From: an uncultured cyanobacterium
GTDB lineage: Bacteria; Cyanobacteriota; Cyanobacteriia; Cyanobacteriales; Nostocaceae
Direction: 5' to 3'
NCBI GenBank assembly: GCA_963706595.1
Contig: OY970166.1
Span: forward strand, 2,048,001-2,112,000
Length of the DNA stretch: 64,000 bases
Shown here: one piece after another, positions 48,647-59,153 of the stretch
Position numbering within the stretch: position 1 is the stretch's first letter
Layout: each line of letters opens with the position of its first letter
The notes under the pieces: generated by a model
Databases searched by the model: none
What the model saw: only the letters and a program-made list of their open reading frames with translations
Told to the model about the DNA's origin: nothing
Translations under genes and position numbers: made by a program

Positions 48647-49741
48647 ATGAGCAGTCAGATAAATAATTTTCCTAAAGTTGCTGTGTGGGGATCATATCTA
48701 TGGGGTAATTTTGGCGATGATGTGATGGCAATAATTATAAGTCGCCATTTGAAAGAAAAAGGTTTCCATCCAGTTGTGTATAAACTAGATTCTAAGTTGG
48801 CAAACTATTACGGGATATCCTCGGAGTCGGATGTCGATGTTCTGTTATCCGGTTCAGTTGCTTGTATTGTTGGGGGAGGAGGTCTTTTATGCTCATCTAA
48901 TATAATGGACGATGAGTGGAAAACTTTTTATTTTGCTCTTTTACGGAATCCAATTCCCGTTCATTTCTGTAGTATTGGTGGAGATGGAAATTCGTCACTT
49001 CCTATGCTTACTTTGTATGTTACAAAAGTCTTGATGCTTCCAAATATAAAATCAGCAACAGTTAGGCTAGAATCAGATATGCAAATATTTAAGGAAATTA
49101 AAGTTCCCTGTGAATTTCACCCCGATATTATTTTATCAAGTCCTAAATTTTTTCCTATAAAATCTAAAAAATATACCACAGATATTGACAAAAAGAATCG
49201 CAAACTGTCATTTATTATCAACTTACCGAAGTGTAGGAGATTTAGCATTTTCTCAAAATTAATAAATTTAGCTTCTGGATTATTTAATATTGAAGTGACA
49301 TATTTGAGAACGCATCTATCATGGCTCCAAACCTCTGAACCTCCTTTTCTAGATTACGAATATATTCCTTCCGTATCGCATGAGCAGACTCTTGTATATG
49401 AAAATGTAGAGCAAGTTAGAGATGCTTTGCTTAATTCTGATTTAATTATATCGAGTAAATTGCACGCTGGAGTTTTTGCATTGTCTTATGGAGTCCCTTT
49501 TATATCGATTAATGGTGCTAAGAAAACAAAATCTTTCCTTGATCAAGCAGAAATCAATTCTTCTTTAACAATTGGACGATTCTACTTATTAAAGTTGTTT
49601 TTACTGATTGTGAATAGACAACAAATAATATTTTTGATCGATGCAACCAAACAAAATTCTAGGCTCGTCAGCCTAATGCATGAATGCTTTGGTCACTTCA
49701 ATTTCCTTGATCGATTTTTGTCAGAACATTTGGCAAGATAA
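48647..49741 (+). CDS. Polysaccharide pyruvyl transferase family protein
   Basis: GNFGDD, GGGGL, TVR, PD, SKLHAGVFAL..GVP. Confidence 0.8.
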   Translation: MSSQINNFPKVAVWGSYLWGNFGDDVMAIIISRHLKEKGFHPVVYKLDSKLANYYGISSESDVDVLLSGSVACIVGGGGLLCSSNIMDDEWKTFYFALLRNPIPVHFCSIGGDGNSSLPMLTLYVTKVLMLPNIKSATVRLESDMQIFKEIKVPCEFHPDIILSSPKFFPIKSKKYTTDIDKKNRKLSFIINLPKCRRFSIFSKLINLASGLFNIEVTYLRTHLSWLQTSEPPFLDYEYIPSVSHEQTLVYENVEQVRDALLNSDLIISSKLHAGVFALSYGVPFISINGAKKTKSFLDQAEINSSLTIGRFYLLKLFLLIVNRQQIIFLIDATKQNSRLVSLMHECFGHFNFLDRFLSEHLAR

Positions 49742-49886
49742 GCTTGCTACAAATTATATTTCTGGCTGAACTAACTTTAGCTTTAATTTAATTTAGATAT
49801 TGAATCTGATGCTTTTATCTATAAACCGAATACTTTGTACATAGAAGCTGTAAAACCAGTTTTGTAAAAATTTTATATAAATTTAT

Positions 49887-51122
49887 ATGAAAATATTACA
49901 TATTAACCAATCGGATATTATTGGAGGGGCAGGTATAGCAGGCTACCGCCTTCATCAAGGATTATTAAACCAAAACATTGACTCAAAACTGCTAGTTGGA
50001 ATCGCTAAAACTGATAGCGATCGCATAGCGGCTATTCCTCGTAAATTTCGGCTGGAAAACCAACTCCATCGTTTTACAAAGCGTTTTGGACTCAACCATA
50101 TTCATCTACTTAGTAGCTTTGATATTCTTAACCACCAATTTTATCAAAATGCAGATATAATAAATTTTCACAACCTTCATGATAGTTATTTTAACTACTT
50201 AGCTATTTCCAAATTAACGGCAAATAAACCTGGTATTTTTACTCTTCATGATATGTGGAGCTTTACTGGACAGTGTGCTTATAGCTTTGAGTGCGATCGC
50301 TGGAAAACTGGCTGTAGTAGATGTCCTTGTCGCAATGCCTATCCAGTTATTGACTTTGACAGTACGCACTTAGAATGGAAACTAAAAGATTGGGTTTACA
50401 GCAAGTCAAATTTGACTATTGTAACTCCCAGTCGTTGGTTAACAGAGCAAGCTAAAGCAAGTATGCTCAGTCGCTTTCCCATTTACCATATCCCCTATGG
50501 TATTGATACAACGGCCTATCAACCATTAGACCGCCTATTATGTAAAACTGTACTAGATATTCCTGCAAATAAAAAAGTTCTGCTTTTTGGCGCAGCAAAT
50601 CTTAAATATAACCGCAAAGGTGGAGATTTACTTTTAAAAGCTCTGCAAAAATTGCCTCAATCGCTGAAAGCAGAAACAATACTCCTGACTTTTGGTGATG
50701 GATCTGAAACAATCACATCTGAAGTAGGAATTTCTACTGTCAGTTTAGGCTATATTAGTAGCGAGCGCTTAAAGTCTGTTGCTTACTCTGCGGCTGATTT
50801 GTTTATCTTGCCTACCCGTGGTGATAATTTGCCCCTAGTGTTACAAGAAAGTATGGCTTGTGGCACACCAATGGTATCTTTTAAAATAGGTGGTGTACCT
50901 GACTTAGTGCGTCATAATGTCACTGGTTATTTGGCACAACCGGAAGATGCAGAAGATTTTTGTAACGGTATTGTAACGCTTCTAGAAGATGAACAATTAC
51001 GAACAAAAATGAGTGAAAATTGTCGAGCGATAGCCGTCAGTGAGTATAGCCTAGAACTGCAAGCCAAACAGTATATTAAACTATATGAACAAGTGCTGCA
51101 ATCACAATCTTTGTCATGTTGA
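49887..51122 (+). CDS. Glycosyltransferase family 4 (WcaC-like)
   Basis: GGAG, TLHDMW, C..C, RKGG, DNLPLVLQESMACGTP. Confidence 0.9.
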   Translation: MKILHINQSDIIGGAGIAGYRLHQGLLNQNIDSKLLVGIAKTDSDRIAAIPRKFRLENQLHRFTKRFGLNHIHLLSSFDILNHQFYQNADIINFHNLHDSYFNYLAISKLTANKPGIFTLHDMWSFTGQCAYSFECDRWKTGCSRCPCRNAYPVIDFDSTHLEWKLKDWVYSKSNLTIVTPSRWLTEQAKASMLSRFPIYHIPYGIDTTAYQPLDRLLCKTVLDIPANKKVLLFGAANLKYNRKGGDLLLKALQKLPQSLKAETILLTFGDGSETITSEVGISTVSLGYISSERLKSVAYSAADLFILPTRGDNLPLVLQESMACGTPMVSFKIGGVPDLVRHNVTGYLAQPEDAEDFCNGIVTLLEDEQLRTKMSENCRAIAVSEYSLELQAKQYIKLYEQVLQSQSLSC

Positions 51123-52144
51123 ATGAATTACTATCCAAACTACCTACACCACCACATGAAAAAACTGGATTTCCCTGGAATGACGAAACAGGAAATTTAT
51201 CTATTGTAAATGCTGATAAAACTGTCTATCCAAAAATTAGTATTATTACTCCTTCTTACAACCAAGGACAATTTTTAGAAGAGACAATTCGCTCTGTTCT
51301 GCTACAAAATTATCCCAACTTAGAATATATCATTATTGATGGTGGTAGCACAGATAATACTGTGGACATTATCAAGCAATATGAACCTTGGATATCATAT
51401 TGGGTAAGTGAACGAGATAATGGACAAGCTCATGCTATTAATAAAGGACTTGAAAAAGCAACAGGTGAAATTATAGCTTATTTGAATAGTGATGACTATT
51501 ATCTACCAGGAACGCTATTTAAGGTTGCTGAATATTTTCGCCAATTTCCTCAAACTGATTTGTTGCATGGAATATGTCGTTATGTCAATCAGGAAGGGGA
51601 AAAAATTGGTGAGCAATTTGGTAATATCCAAAAATTAGAGGAGATTTTAGATTTATGGGATGTATGGTGGAAAAAACGGCAATTTGTGCAGCCTGAAGTT
51701 TTTTGGACAAGACGTATTACTGATAAAGTTGGTTTATTTAAAGAAGAACTTAACTATGTTATGGATTATGATTATTGGTTGAGAATATTAGAGGCAGAAG
51801 GTACGGTTGGGAGTGTCAATAGTGAATTTTCTTGCTTCCGATTTACATCTTATCAAAAATCAAACCAAAGTGAAAAAGTAGCAGAAGAATTACTTCAAGT
51901 TGTACATCCAATCCTTTGGAATGTGTCCATTAAAATTCCGTTCAAGAGGAGATTGCTGCTACAAGGAAATTGGTTATACCAAAATGTATTTTTACAACAA
52001 ATTGAAATATCTCTTCAAGCAAAAGATAGTAAATTAACACGATATCTAAAATTATTCAAAATTATTTTCAACTATCCTCAGATTTTATTAACGTCAGCCT
52101 TTAGTAAACGGATAAAATCTGTTTTAGATATAATTCCTGAGTAA
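51116..52144 (+). CDS. Glycosyltransferase family 2
   Basis: SIITPSYNQ, IDGGSTD, LNSDD. Confidence 0.92.
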   Translation: MLNELLSKLPTPPHEKTGFPWNDETGNLSIVNADKTVYPKISIITPSYNQGQFLEETIRSVLLQNYPNLEYIIIDGGSTDNTVDIIKQYEPWISYWVSERDNGQAHAINKGLEKATGEIIAYLNSDDYYLPGTLFKVAEYFRQFPQTDLLHGICRYVNQEGEKIGEQFGNIQKLEEILDLWDVWWKKRQFVQPEVFWTRRITDKVGLFKEELNYVMDYDYWLRILEAEGTVGSVNSEFSCFRFTSYQKSNQSEKVAEELLQVVHPILWNVSIKIPFKRRLLLQGNWLYQNVFLQQIEISLQAKDSKLTRYLKLFKIIFNYPQILLTSAFSKRIKSVLDIIPE

Positions 52145-52183
52145 ATTTAATTCCTACTTTTTGAGAAAGATTAATTTAAGAAA

Positions 52184-53215
52184 ATGTGTGATGGATTACT
52201 TTCCCAGCTTCCTCTACCACCTGATGCTAAAAAAGGATTTCCTTGGACTGAGCAAACAGAAAATTTATCTATTTTAAATGCTGATAAAACTGTCTATCCA
52301 AAAATTAGTATTGTTACACCTTCTTACAACCAAGGTAAATTTTTAGAAGAAACTATTCGTTCTGTATTGCTACAAAATTATCCCAATTTAGAATATATCA
52401 TCATTGATGGAGGTAGTACCGACAATAGTAGAGAAATAATTCAAAAGTATGCTAATTATCTAACTTACTGGGTAAGTGAAAAAGATAATGGTCAAAGTGA
52501 TGCTATCAACAAAGGCTTAAAAAAAATCTCAGGAAATATATGGGCATATATAAATAGCGACGACATATATGAAAAAGGAACATTTTACAAAGTCGCTGCT
52601 GAATTGCAGCAAGATCAAAACACTTACTGGGTTACTGGTTATGGAGAATATATTGATGAAAAAGGTGGTTTTTTGGAAAGACTAATTCCTGCTCCATTTA
52701 CAGGAATGAAAGAAACTCTAATCCGTTGGGAAGGACCCAGAACAGTTGCCATTCAAGTTTCCAATTTTATGTCATCCAAAGTTCTAAATGAATATGGGTT
52801 CTTTGATGAATCTTTACATTATTCTATGGATGCGGAATTTGGTATGCGCTTATTAGTAGATGGAATTACACCGAAAATATTACCAGATGTTTTAGCCAAA
52901 GCGAGATTACACAATCAAAGCAAAACTGTTTCTAAAGGTAGTCTGGGATCTTTTAGAGAAGAAGACTTAAAAATTATCCCTCGATTTATTCCCAAATTAC
53001 CTACAAAAGATCAGATTTATGTACAAAAAAAGATCGCTGAGTGTCAGTATTTTATGGATTTAAGCAAGGTTGCTAATCTTTATGAAACTGGACGGATAGG
53101 TGACTTTATTTCTGCAACATTGAATATGCTGATTGAACATCCATCATATTTATTATATAGAGCAACATGGGGAATGTTTCGCAAAGCTCTAGGTTTGAGT
53201 AAAACAAAGGATTAG
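52184..53215 (+). CDS. Glycosyltransferase family 2
   Basis: SIVTPSYNQ, IDGGSTD, INSDD. Confidence 0.92.
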   Translation: MCDGLLSQLPLPPDAKKGFPWTEQTENLSILNADKTVYPKISIVTPSYNQGKFLEETIRSVLLQNYPNLEYIIIDGGSTDNSREIIQKYANYLTYWVSEKDNGQSDAINKGLKKISGNIWAYINSDDIYEKGTFYKVAAELQQDQNTYWVTGYGEYIDEKGGFLERLIPAPFTGMKETLIRWEGPRTVAIQVSNFMSSKVLNEYGFFDESLHYSMDAEFGMRLLVDGITPKILPDVLAKARLHNQSKTVSKGSLGSFREEDLKIIPRFIPKLPTKDQIYVQKKIAECQYFMDLSKVANLYETGRIGDFISATLNMLIEHPSYLLYRATWGMFRKALGLSKTKD

Positions 53216-53217
53216 TT

Positions 53218-54120
53218 ATGTCGATTGGTTCTATTGGACTGAAAATTAAACAAAAATATCAACATGGTTTCGGTACGGCTTATTACCGAGATAGTGTCAG
53301 ATATCGTATTCTCAAGACTAAACCTATTCTCAACGCAAATGATCTAACTTGTGAAATTCATGTTCTGACTTCTGCAAATGATTGGTTAAATTTAGTTTGG
53401 ACTTTAAAATCTTTCTATCATTTTTCCCAGCGTCAATATGCTTTATGTATTCATGATGATGGAACTTTAACTCAAGAAAGTATTACTACTTTGCAAGATC
53501 ATTTTCCAGATGCCCAAATTATTGACAGAAAACAAGCTGATGAAAAGATATTACCATTATTAGAATCCTATCCTCACTGTTTAGAGTTTCGCAAAACTAA
53601 TCACCTTTCACCTAAAGTATTTGATTTTGCTGCATATTTGCAGAGCGATCGCCTATTGCTACTAGACAGCGACATCTTATTTTTTCAATCACCCACCGAA
53701 CTACTCAACCGCATCGAAAACCCAGACTATCAACTCAATACACTTAACGCTGACGTTACCAGTTCCTACACTGTAGAACCAGAAGTAGTAAAAACCCATT
53801 TAGGCTTTGATTTAGCTGAAAGAGTAAATTCCGGGTTGGGACTAATTCACAAGCGATCGCTATCTTTCGATTGGATAGAAGAATTTCTCAGTCTTCCTGA
53901 TATTATTGGACACTTCTGGCGAATTGAGCAGACAATTTATGCTTTATGCAGTTCCCGCTTTGGCGTAGAACTGTTACCCCCAGCTTACGATGTTCACTTA
54001 GAAGGCAGTATTAACGGTTCTCCCTCGCGCCATTATGTTGGCAAAATCAGGCACTTGATGTATAGCGAAGGTATTCGGCATCTCGTACAGAATAAATTCC
54101 TGAAGGAGTTGCAAAAATGA
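53218..54120 (+). CDS. Putative GT-A fold glycosyltransferase
   Basis: IHDDG, LLDSDILF (DxD), VNSG, EQT. Confidence 0.7.
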   Translation: MSIGSIGLKIKQKYQHGFGTAYYRDSVRYRILKTKPILNANDLTCEIHVLTSANDWLNLVWTLKSFYHFSQRQYALCIHDDGTLTQESITTLQDHFPDAQIIDRKQADEKILPLLESYPHCLEFRKTNHLSPKVFDFAAYLQSDRLLLLDSDILFFQSPTELLNRIENPDYQLNTLNADVTSSYTVEPEVVKTHLGFDLAERVNSGLGLIHKRSLSFDWIEEFLSLPDIIGHFWRIEQTIYALCSSRFGVELLPPAYDVHLEGSINGSPSRHYVGKIRHLMYSEGIRHLVQNKFLKELQK

Positions 54121-55223
54121 TTAATAATACTCCTTCATCAGAAAATTTAAGAGTTTTGATCATGCCCGATTATCGAATTGATAACCCCTATCAAATACTT
54201 TTAGCTAAATCTTTAGAGAGCCAAGGAGTAGAAGTATTATTCCCTTTTGGTTATCGTCGAGTATTTCCAATATTTAGAGCTATTAAAAGTCTCAAAAAAA
54301 TAGATATTTTCCATCTTCACTGGATAAATCCCTATTTTAAAGGTGACAATATAATAATTAAATTAATTTATGCCATCAAATTTCTGATAGATATTATTTT
54401 AACTAAATGGATAGGTGTGAAAATAGTTTGGACTATTCATAATTACATTTCCCATGACTCCCAATTTCCGATTTTGGAACAGTGGCTGCAACAAATTTTA
54501 TTTAACTTAGCAGATAAAATTATTGTTCATCATTCTTTAGCCATAAAAGATATTTCCCAAAATTATAAATTTGCAAAATCAAAAGCTGAGATTATTCCTC
54601 ACGGACACTATCGAGAAATTTATGCCGGTGCAATTTCTCCAGGTGAAGCCAAAAAAGCTTTAGGAATACCCACATCTGGAACAGTATACCTCAACTTGGG
54701 TATGCTGCGTCCTTACAAGGGACTTGAACACTTACTAAAAGTTTGGAAAGCGAATCAGCAACTTCTCAAAGAAAGCACCTTATTGATAGCAGGAAAAGCA
54801 ATAGATGAATCTTATTTGCAAAAGTTAACTCAACTAGCTTCTGATACAAAGGGAGTTATTCTCTATGCAGATTTTGTAGAAGATAGTAAAATACATCTTT
54901 TTTTTAGTGCTGCTGATGTTGTCGTGCTTCCTTTTGAAAAGATTTTGACTTCAGGTAGTCTAATTTTAGCAATGTCCTACAATAAACCTATTATTGCCCC
55001 GCGCACTGGAGGTATATCTGAAACTTTAGGTACAGCAGATTGGTTACTTTATGATGATCAAGATAGTCAAGGATTATTCCAATCTTTGAAAGATAGCACT
55101 CAGGTGAATTTAAATAAACTAAGTCAGTTAGTTAGCAATGAGTGCGACAAATTAGATTGGGGTGGTATTGGCATAAAAACATACCATGTTTACGAAACAC
55201 TATTAAAGAATAGCAAAAAATAA
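54117..55223 (+). CDS. Glycosyltransferase family 4
   Basis: NPYQ, HLHW, WTIHN, IPHG, RPYKG, TSGSLILAMSY. Confidence 0.9.
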   Translation: MINNTPSSENLRVLIMPDYRIDNPYQILLAKSLESQGVEVLFPFGYRRVFPIFRAIKSLKKIDIFHLHWINPYFKGDNIIIKLIYAIKFLIDIILTKWIGVKIVWTIHNYISHDSQFPILEQWLQQILFNLADKIIVHHSLAIKDISQNYKFAKSKAEIIPHGHYREIYAGAISPGEAKKALGIPTSGTVYLNLGMLRPYKGLEHLLKVWKANQQLLKESTLLIAGKAIDESYLQKLTQLASDTKGVILYADFVEDSKIHLFFSAADVVVLPFEKILTSGSLILAMSYNKPIIAPRTGGISETLGTADWLLYDDQDSQGLFQSLKDSTQVNLNKLSQLVSNECDKLDWGGIGIKTYHVYETLLKNSKK

Positions 55224-55247
55224 TTTGTGCGGTAATTTTATAATTAC

Positions 55248-56219
55248 ATGATTAATCCAAAAGTCAGTATTCTTATTCCTTGTTATAACACAGAGCAATG
55301 GATTGCACAAGCTATCGAAAGTGCCTTAAATCAAACTTATTTTAACAAAGAAGTAATTGTTGTTGATGATGGTTCTACAGATAGAAGTTTAGAAGTAATT
55401 AAAAGTTTTGGAAATTCCATTCATTGGGAAACAGGAGAAAATCGTGGAGGTAACGCTGCACGTAATCGTTTATTAGAACTAAGTACAGGAGAATGGTTAC
55501 AATATTTAGATGCAGATGATTACTTACTTCCCAGCAAAATCGAAAAGCAAATCAAATTTCTCTCTCAACATCCCGATCCAGATATAATTTATAGCCCTAC
55601 TATTCTTGAGTATTGGGAAACAGAAATGGTGAAACAAGAAATTTTGCCTATTCCTGAACCTCATGATCCTTGGATTTTATTAGCTCGTTGGTACTTACCA
55701 CAAACAGGTAGTCCCCTCTGGAAAAAACAGGCTATTTTAGATGTGGGAGGATGGAAAGCAAATCAACCTTGTTGTCAAGAACATGAGTTGTATTTACGAC
55801 TTCTGAAAGCCAGAAAAAGATTTATATATTGCCATGATTCTGGTTCTGTTTATAGACAGTGGAGTGAATCAACAGTTTGTAAAAAAGATAAGTCAGAAAC
55901 TTATTTTAGACGATTAGATATTATTGATCAGCTAGAAACATTTATTAAATCTATTGGAAAATTAACAGATGAACGACAGTCAGCAATTAATCAAGCTCGG
56001 TTTGAATGCGCTCGAATTATTTGGTTATCTAATCCAGATTGGGCAAATCAACTGATTAATAAAATTAAACAAACACAACCACACTTTATCCCGCAAGGTG
56101 ATTATGCCCCGCAAATTTATCAGCTAAGTTATAAATTTTTTGGCTTTTCTCTGGCTGAAAATATGGCTTTCCTGAAGAGGAAATTACAAAATATACAAAT
56201 AGGTAAAGTATCTAGATAA
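55248..56219 (+). CDS. Glycosyltransferase family 2
   Basis: SILIPCYN, VDDGSTD, ARN, LDADD. Confidence 0.92.
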   Translation: MINPKVSILIPCYNTEQWIAQAIESALNQTYFNKEVIVVDDGSTDRSLEVIKSFGNSIHWETGENRGGNAARNRLLELSTGEWLQYLDADDYLLPSKIEKQIKFLSQHPDPDIIYSPTILEYWETEMVKQEILPIPEPHDPWILLARWYLPQTGSPLWKKQAILDVGGWKANQPCCQEHELYLRLLKARKRFIYCHDSGSVYRQWSESTVCKKDKSETYFRRLDIIDQLETFIKSIGKLTDERQSAINQARFECARIIWLSNPDWANQLINKIKQTQPHFIPQGDYAPQIYQLSYKFFGFSLAENMAFLKRKLQNIQIGKVSR

Positions 56220-56247
56220 ATTTAAATTTATTTATCCTGAAATAAAC

Positions 56248-57156
56248 ATGGTATTTTTTTCCGTTATTATCCCCAGTTTTAATAGAGAGAATTTAATTAA
56301 AGCTACACTTGACTCTGTATTTAGTCAAAAATTTGACGATTTTGAAGTTATTGTTATTGATGATGGCTCAACTGATAACACTATCAATATTTTAAAAGAA
56401 TATGGCAATAAGATAACAATCTGTCAACAAGAAAATCAAGGACCTGGTGCGGCTAGAAATTACGGAATTAGACTCGCTCAGGGAAAGTATATTATTTTTC
56501 TTGATAGCGATGATCTTTGGTTTCCCTGGACTCTTACCACCTTCCACCAAGTCATTACACAGCAAAATTTTCCAGAATTTGTAGCCGGAAAATCTATTCC
56601 ATTTGTCCGTGACGATGAACTTACTACTATTCAACATTTACCATTATCCATGCAGGTTTTTAATGATTACTACTCTTCTAGTCAAGAAAATATCTGTATT
56701 CCCAATGTCGGTGTTTCTCTAAACACAGATATATTGCGAAAAGTTGGCGGATTTACTCAACAATGGATAAATGCTGAAGACTGTGATTTGTGGTTAAGAT
56801 TGGGAACTACTCAGGGTTTTGTATTCATATCATCGCCTTTTGTCCTCGGTTATCGTCAGCATATTAATACTGCTATTTCTGATAAAAATAAAACTTTTGA
56901 AGGTATTAGTTATCTAATCCAACAAGAGAGAAAAAATCAATACCCAGGTGGAACAAATCGAAAGATAGAAAGGCTGAAAATATTAACAAGACACATTAGA
57001 CCTGTAAGCCTAGATTGTCTACGTAGAAGTGAAATTAAACAAGGTTGGATGTTGTATAATCAATCTTTGCAATGGCATCTTTTGTTAGGTCGATTTCGTT
57101 ATCTCATAGGGTTTTTATGGCTGATGTGCCTAGCAATAATTAAGTTATACAAGTAG
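56248..57156 (+). CDS. Glycosyltransferase family 2
   Basis: SVIIPSFNR, IDDGSTD, ARN, LDSDD, ED.DLWLR. Confidence 0.92.
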   Translation: MVFFSVIIPSFNRENLIKATLDSVFSQKFDDFEVIVIDDGSTDNTINILKEYGNKITICQQENQGPGAARNYGIRLAQGKYIIFLDSDDLWFPWTLTTFHQVITQQNFPEFVAGKSIPFVRDDELTTIQHLPLSMQVFNDYYSSSQENICIPNVGVSLNTDILRKVGGFTQQWINAEDCDLWLRLGTTQGFVFISSPFVLGYRQHINTAISDKNKTFEGISYLIQQERKNQYPGGTNRKIERLKILTRHIRPVSLDCLRRSEIKQGWMLYNQSLQWHLLLGRFRYLIGFLWLMCLAIIKLYK

Positions 57157-57226
57157 CTAGTAGATGGATATAGCAAGGCAGAAAAGAGTCAAGGAAGATA
57201 AGATTAGCTGCGAACTGGCATTTTTA

Positions 57227-58399
57227 CTAAAAATTCCTGTCTGAATCCCAAAATCGTTGGCAAATAATTTCAGCATTCTTATCCCAAGAATTATCTTGTT
57301 CATACTGTTCCCATTGAGGCGTGTCAATTCCATTTAACCATTGTTGGATGCCATCAGAGATAGCTTGCCAATCATCTGGTTGCACAAATACTCCCAGGTT
57401 ATACTTCTGAACAACGCTACGCAAATTTCCATCGCCAGCCGAGGCAATACAAGGCCGCTGATAATTAACTGCAAGATTTAGAACGCTACTAGCGGAATGA
57501 AAACTACCACTATAAGTTAATAAAGCAGCATCACAAGCATTAAAAAGATCACCTACTTGCTGTTCAGAAAGAAAATCAATTAGCCAACGACATCGTTCAG
57601 CAATGCCAAGACTCTGGGCTAAGTCTTGATAATAAGTTACAGGTCGTTGAGTAGATGAGACAACTTTGCCTGCGATCGCTAGATAAACGTTGGGGAAATG
57701 GGCGATCGCCTTTAATGCCAGATCCAGATTTTTGCCATCTCGAATATGACCAAAAGACAGTAGCAACTTAGCCTCTTGGGGAATGTTTAATTTTGTCCTC
57801 ACTTTTTCTCTGCTATTCTCAGCCTTGGGGAAATAATAAAGACCACAGGGAATGACCGTAGTTTGCAGTTGCGGCATGGGCTTGACTGTATCTAGTTCAA
57901 TGGCTTCATGAACAAAAGCCTCCCTCAGAAACGAGTACCCACATGCAATTGACCAGCGATGCCACCACAATGGCCCTACTACATATTCTCTAACTGGGTC
58001 ATGAATAATCGATCCAAAGGTTACACCCTTTTTTGCCAGTTTACGCAAAGGAGCCACCCAAACAGGAGCTAGATATTCTACATAAGAGCCGAATAAAACG
58101 TACTCAAAACCTTCATTTTCAATAGTCTGAGCAAGATTAGCGTAATTTTGAAGTATATTAGCTGCTAAGACTGCCTTTTTCACTAGAGAGATAGGAAAAT
58201 TAAATGTCCCTGTAGTGACTAGAGTGTTTTTAATATTATATAAATTAGTCTTTTCTTTTTTGTACGCGGGAGAAGTTAGTAAGGTAACTTCAATCCCCCT
58301 ACGTCCAAAAGCTTGCGCCTGTTCATGGGCATAGTCAGCTAATCCCCCTGTCCATGCTGGAGAGAAATAAAGTAACCTATGGCTTGAGTGGAAATTCAT
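57227..58399 (-). CDS. Glycosyltransferase family 4 (opposite strand)
   Basis: GGLADY, FGHIRDGKNLD, SASSVLNLA. Confidence 0.85.
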   Translation of the reverse strand: MNFHSSHRLLYFSPAWTGGLADYAHEQAQAFGRRGIEVTLLTSPAYKKEKTNLYNIKNTLVTTGTFNFPISLVKKAVLAANILQNYANLAQTIENEGFEYVLFGSYVEYLAPVWVAPLRKLAKKGVTFGSIIHDPVREYVVGPLWWHRWSIACGYSFLREAFVHEAIELDTVKPMPQLQTTVIPCGLYYFPKAENSREKVRTKLNIPQEAKLLLSFGHIRDGKNLDLALKAIAHFPNVYLAIAGKVVSSTQRPVTYYQDLAQSLGIAERCRWLIDFLSEQQVGDLFNACDAALLTYSGSFHSASSVLNLAVNYQRPCIASAGDGNLRSVVQKYNLGVFVQPDDWQAISDGIQQWLNGIDTPQWEQYEQDNSWDKNAEIICQRFWDSDRNF

Positions 58400-58545
58400 A
58401 TTGATACTAGGAATCTTTGAGTCGTGGACTTTTAGATAATAATATAGGCATCCGGTTTAATTTCTGAACGGTATTTTTTTTAACGTACCGCAGAGACACA
58501 GAGATCACAGAGGAAGAGAAAAAAGATAAATGTTCACATTTTATC

Positions 58546-58683
58546 AGGACTTACGCACAAAACCGTACCCTTCGGGAAGCTTCGCTAACGGCTGACGCTC
58601 ACTGCGAAGCCTCTCAAAATCTCATTCCTCCGTGTCCTCTGTGCCTCTGTGGTTCGTTTTTCCGTGACTTGTGCGTAAGTCCT
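58546..58683. mobile_element. MITE (AGGACTTACGC type)
   Basis: 15-bp perfect inverted ends AGGACTTACGCACAA / TTGTGCGTAAGTCCT. Confidence 0.7.
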
Positions 58684-59153
58684 ATTTATTTAGAAGGTCT
58701 ATATTTTGTATTAAACCACCTCTGGGATGAAAACCTGAGTTTTTCTTGATCTGGATCTAAGTAATTTTTCACCCATAAATTGATCAACGGGAAAAATCTT
58801 GACTATTCCTTAGCATAGTTTAGTTATTATTACGTAGCTACTAATTTTATTTTTTCAGAGTAATAAAATAGCGATAGTAACCTGATACCAATTTAATATA
58901 AAGCTGCATAGAAAGAACCCCACCGCCTACTTACCTCCCTTACTAAAGGGAGGTAAGTAGGTTTGGCTAAAAATAATGTTTAGCCTTACAAAGAATTTAT
59001 ATGAGCTTCTCAATCAAGAAATGTGAGATGATAATTTTTAGTTTTCGTAAAGATATGATTTGATCCTAGACAAAGGAGATTAAGTTGAGTTAGCTTGTGG
59101 ATTGTATCTCTGTGCATATAAAAATTAAAAAACATTAAGAAGAGTTGACAAAT

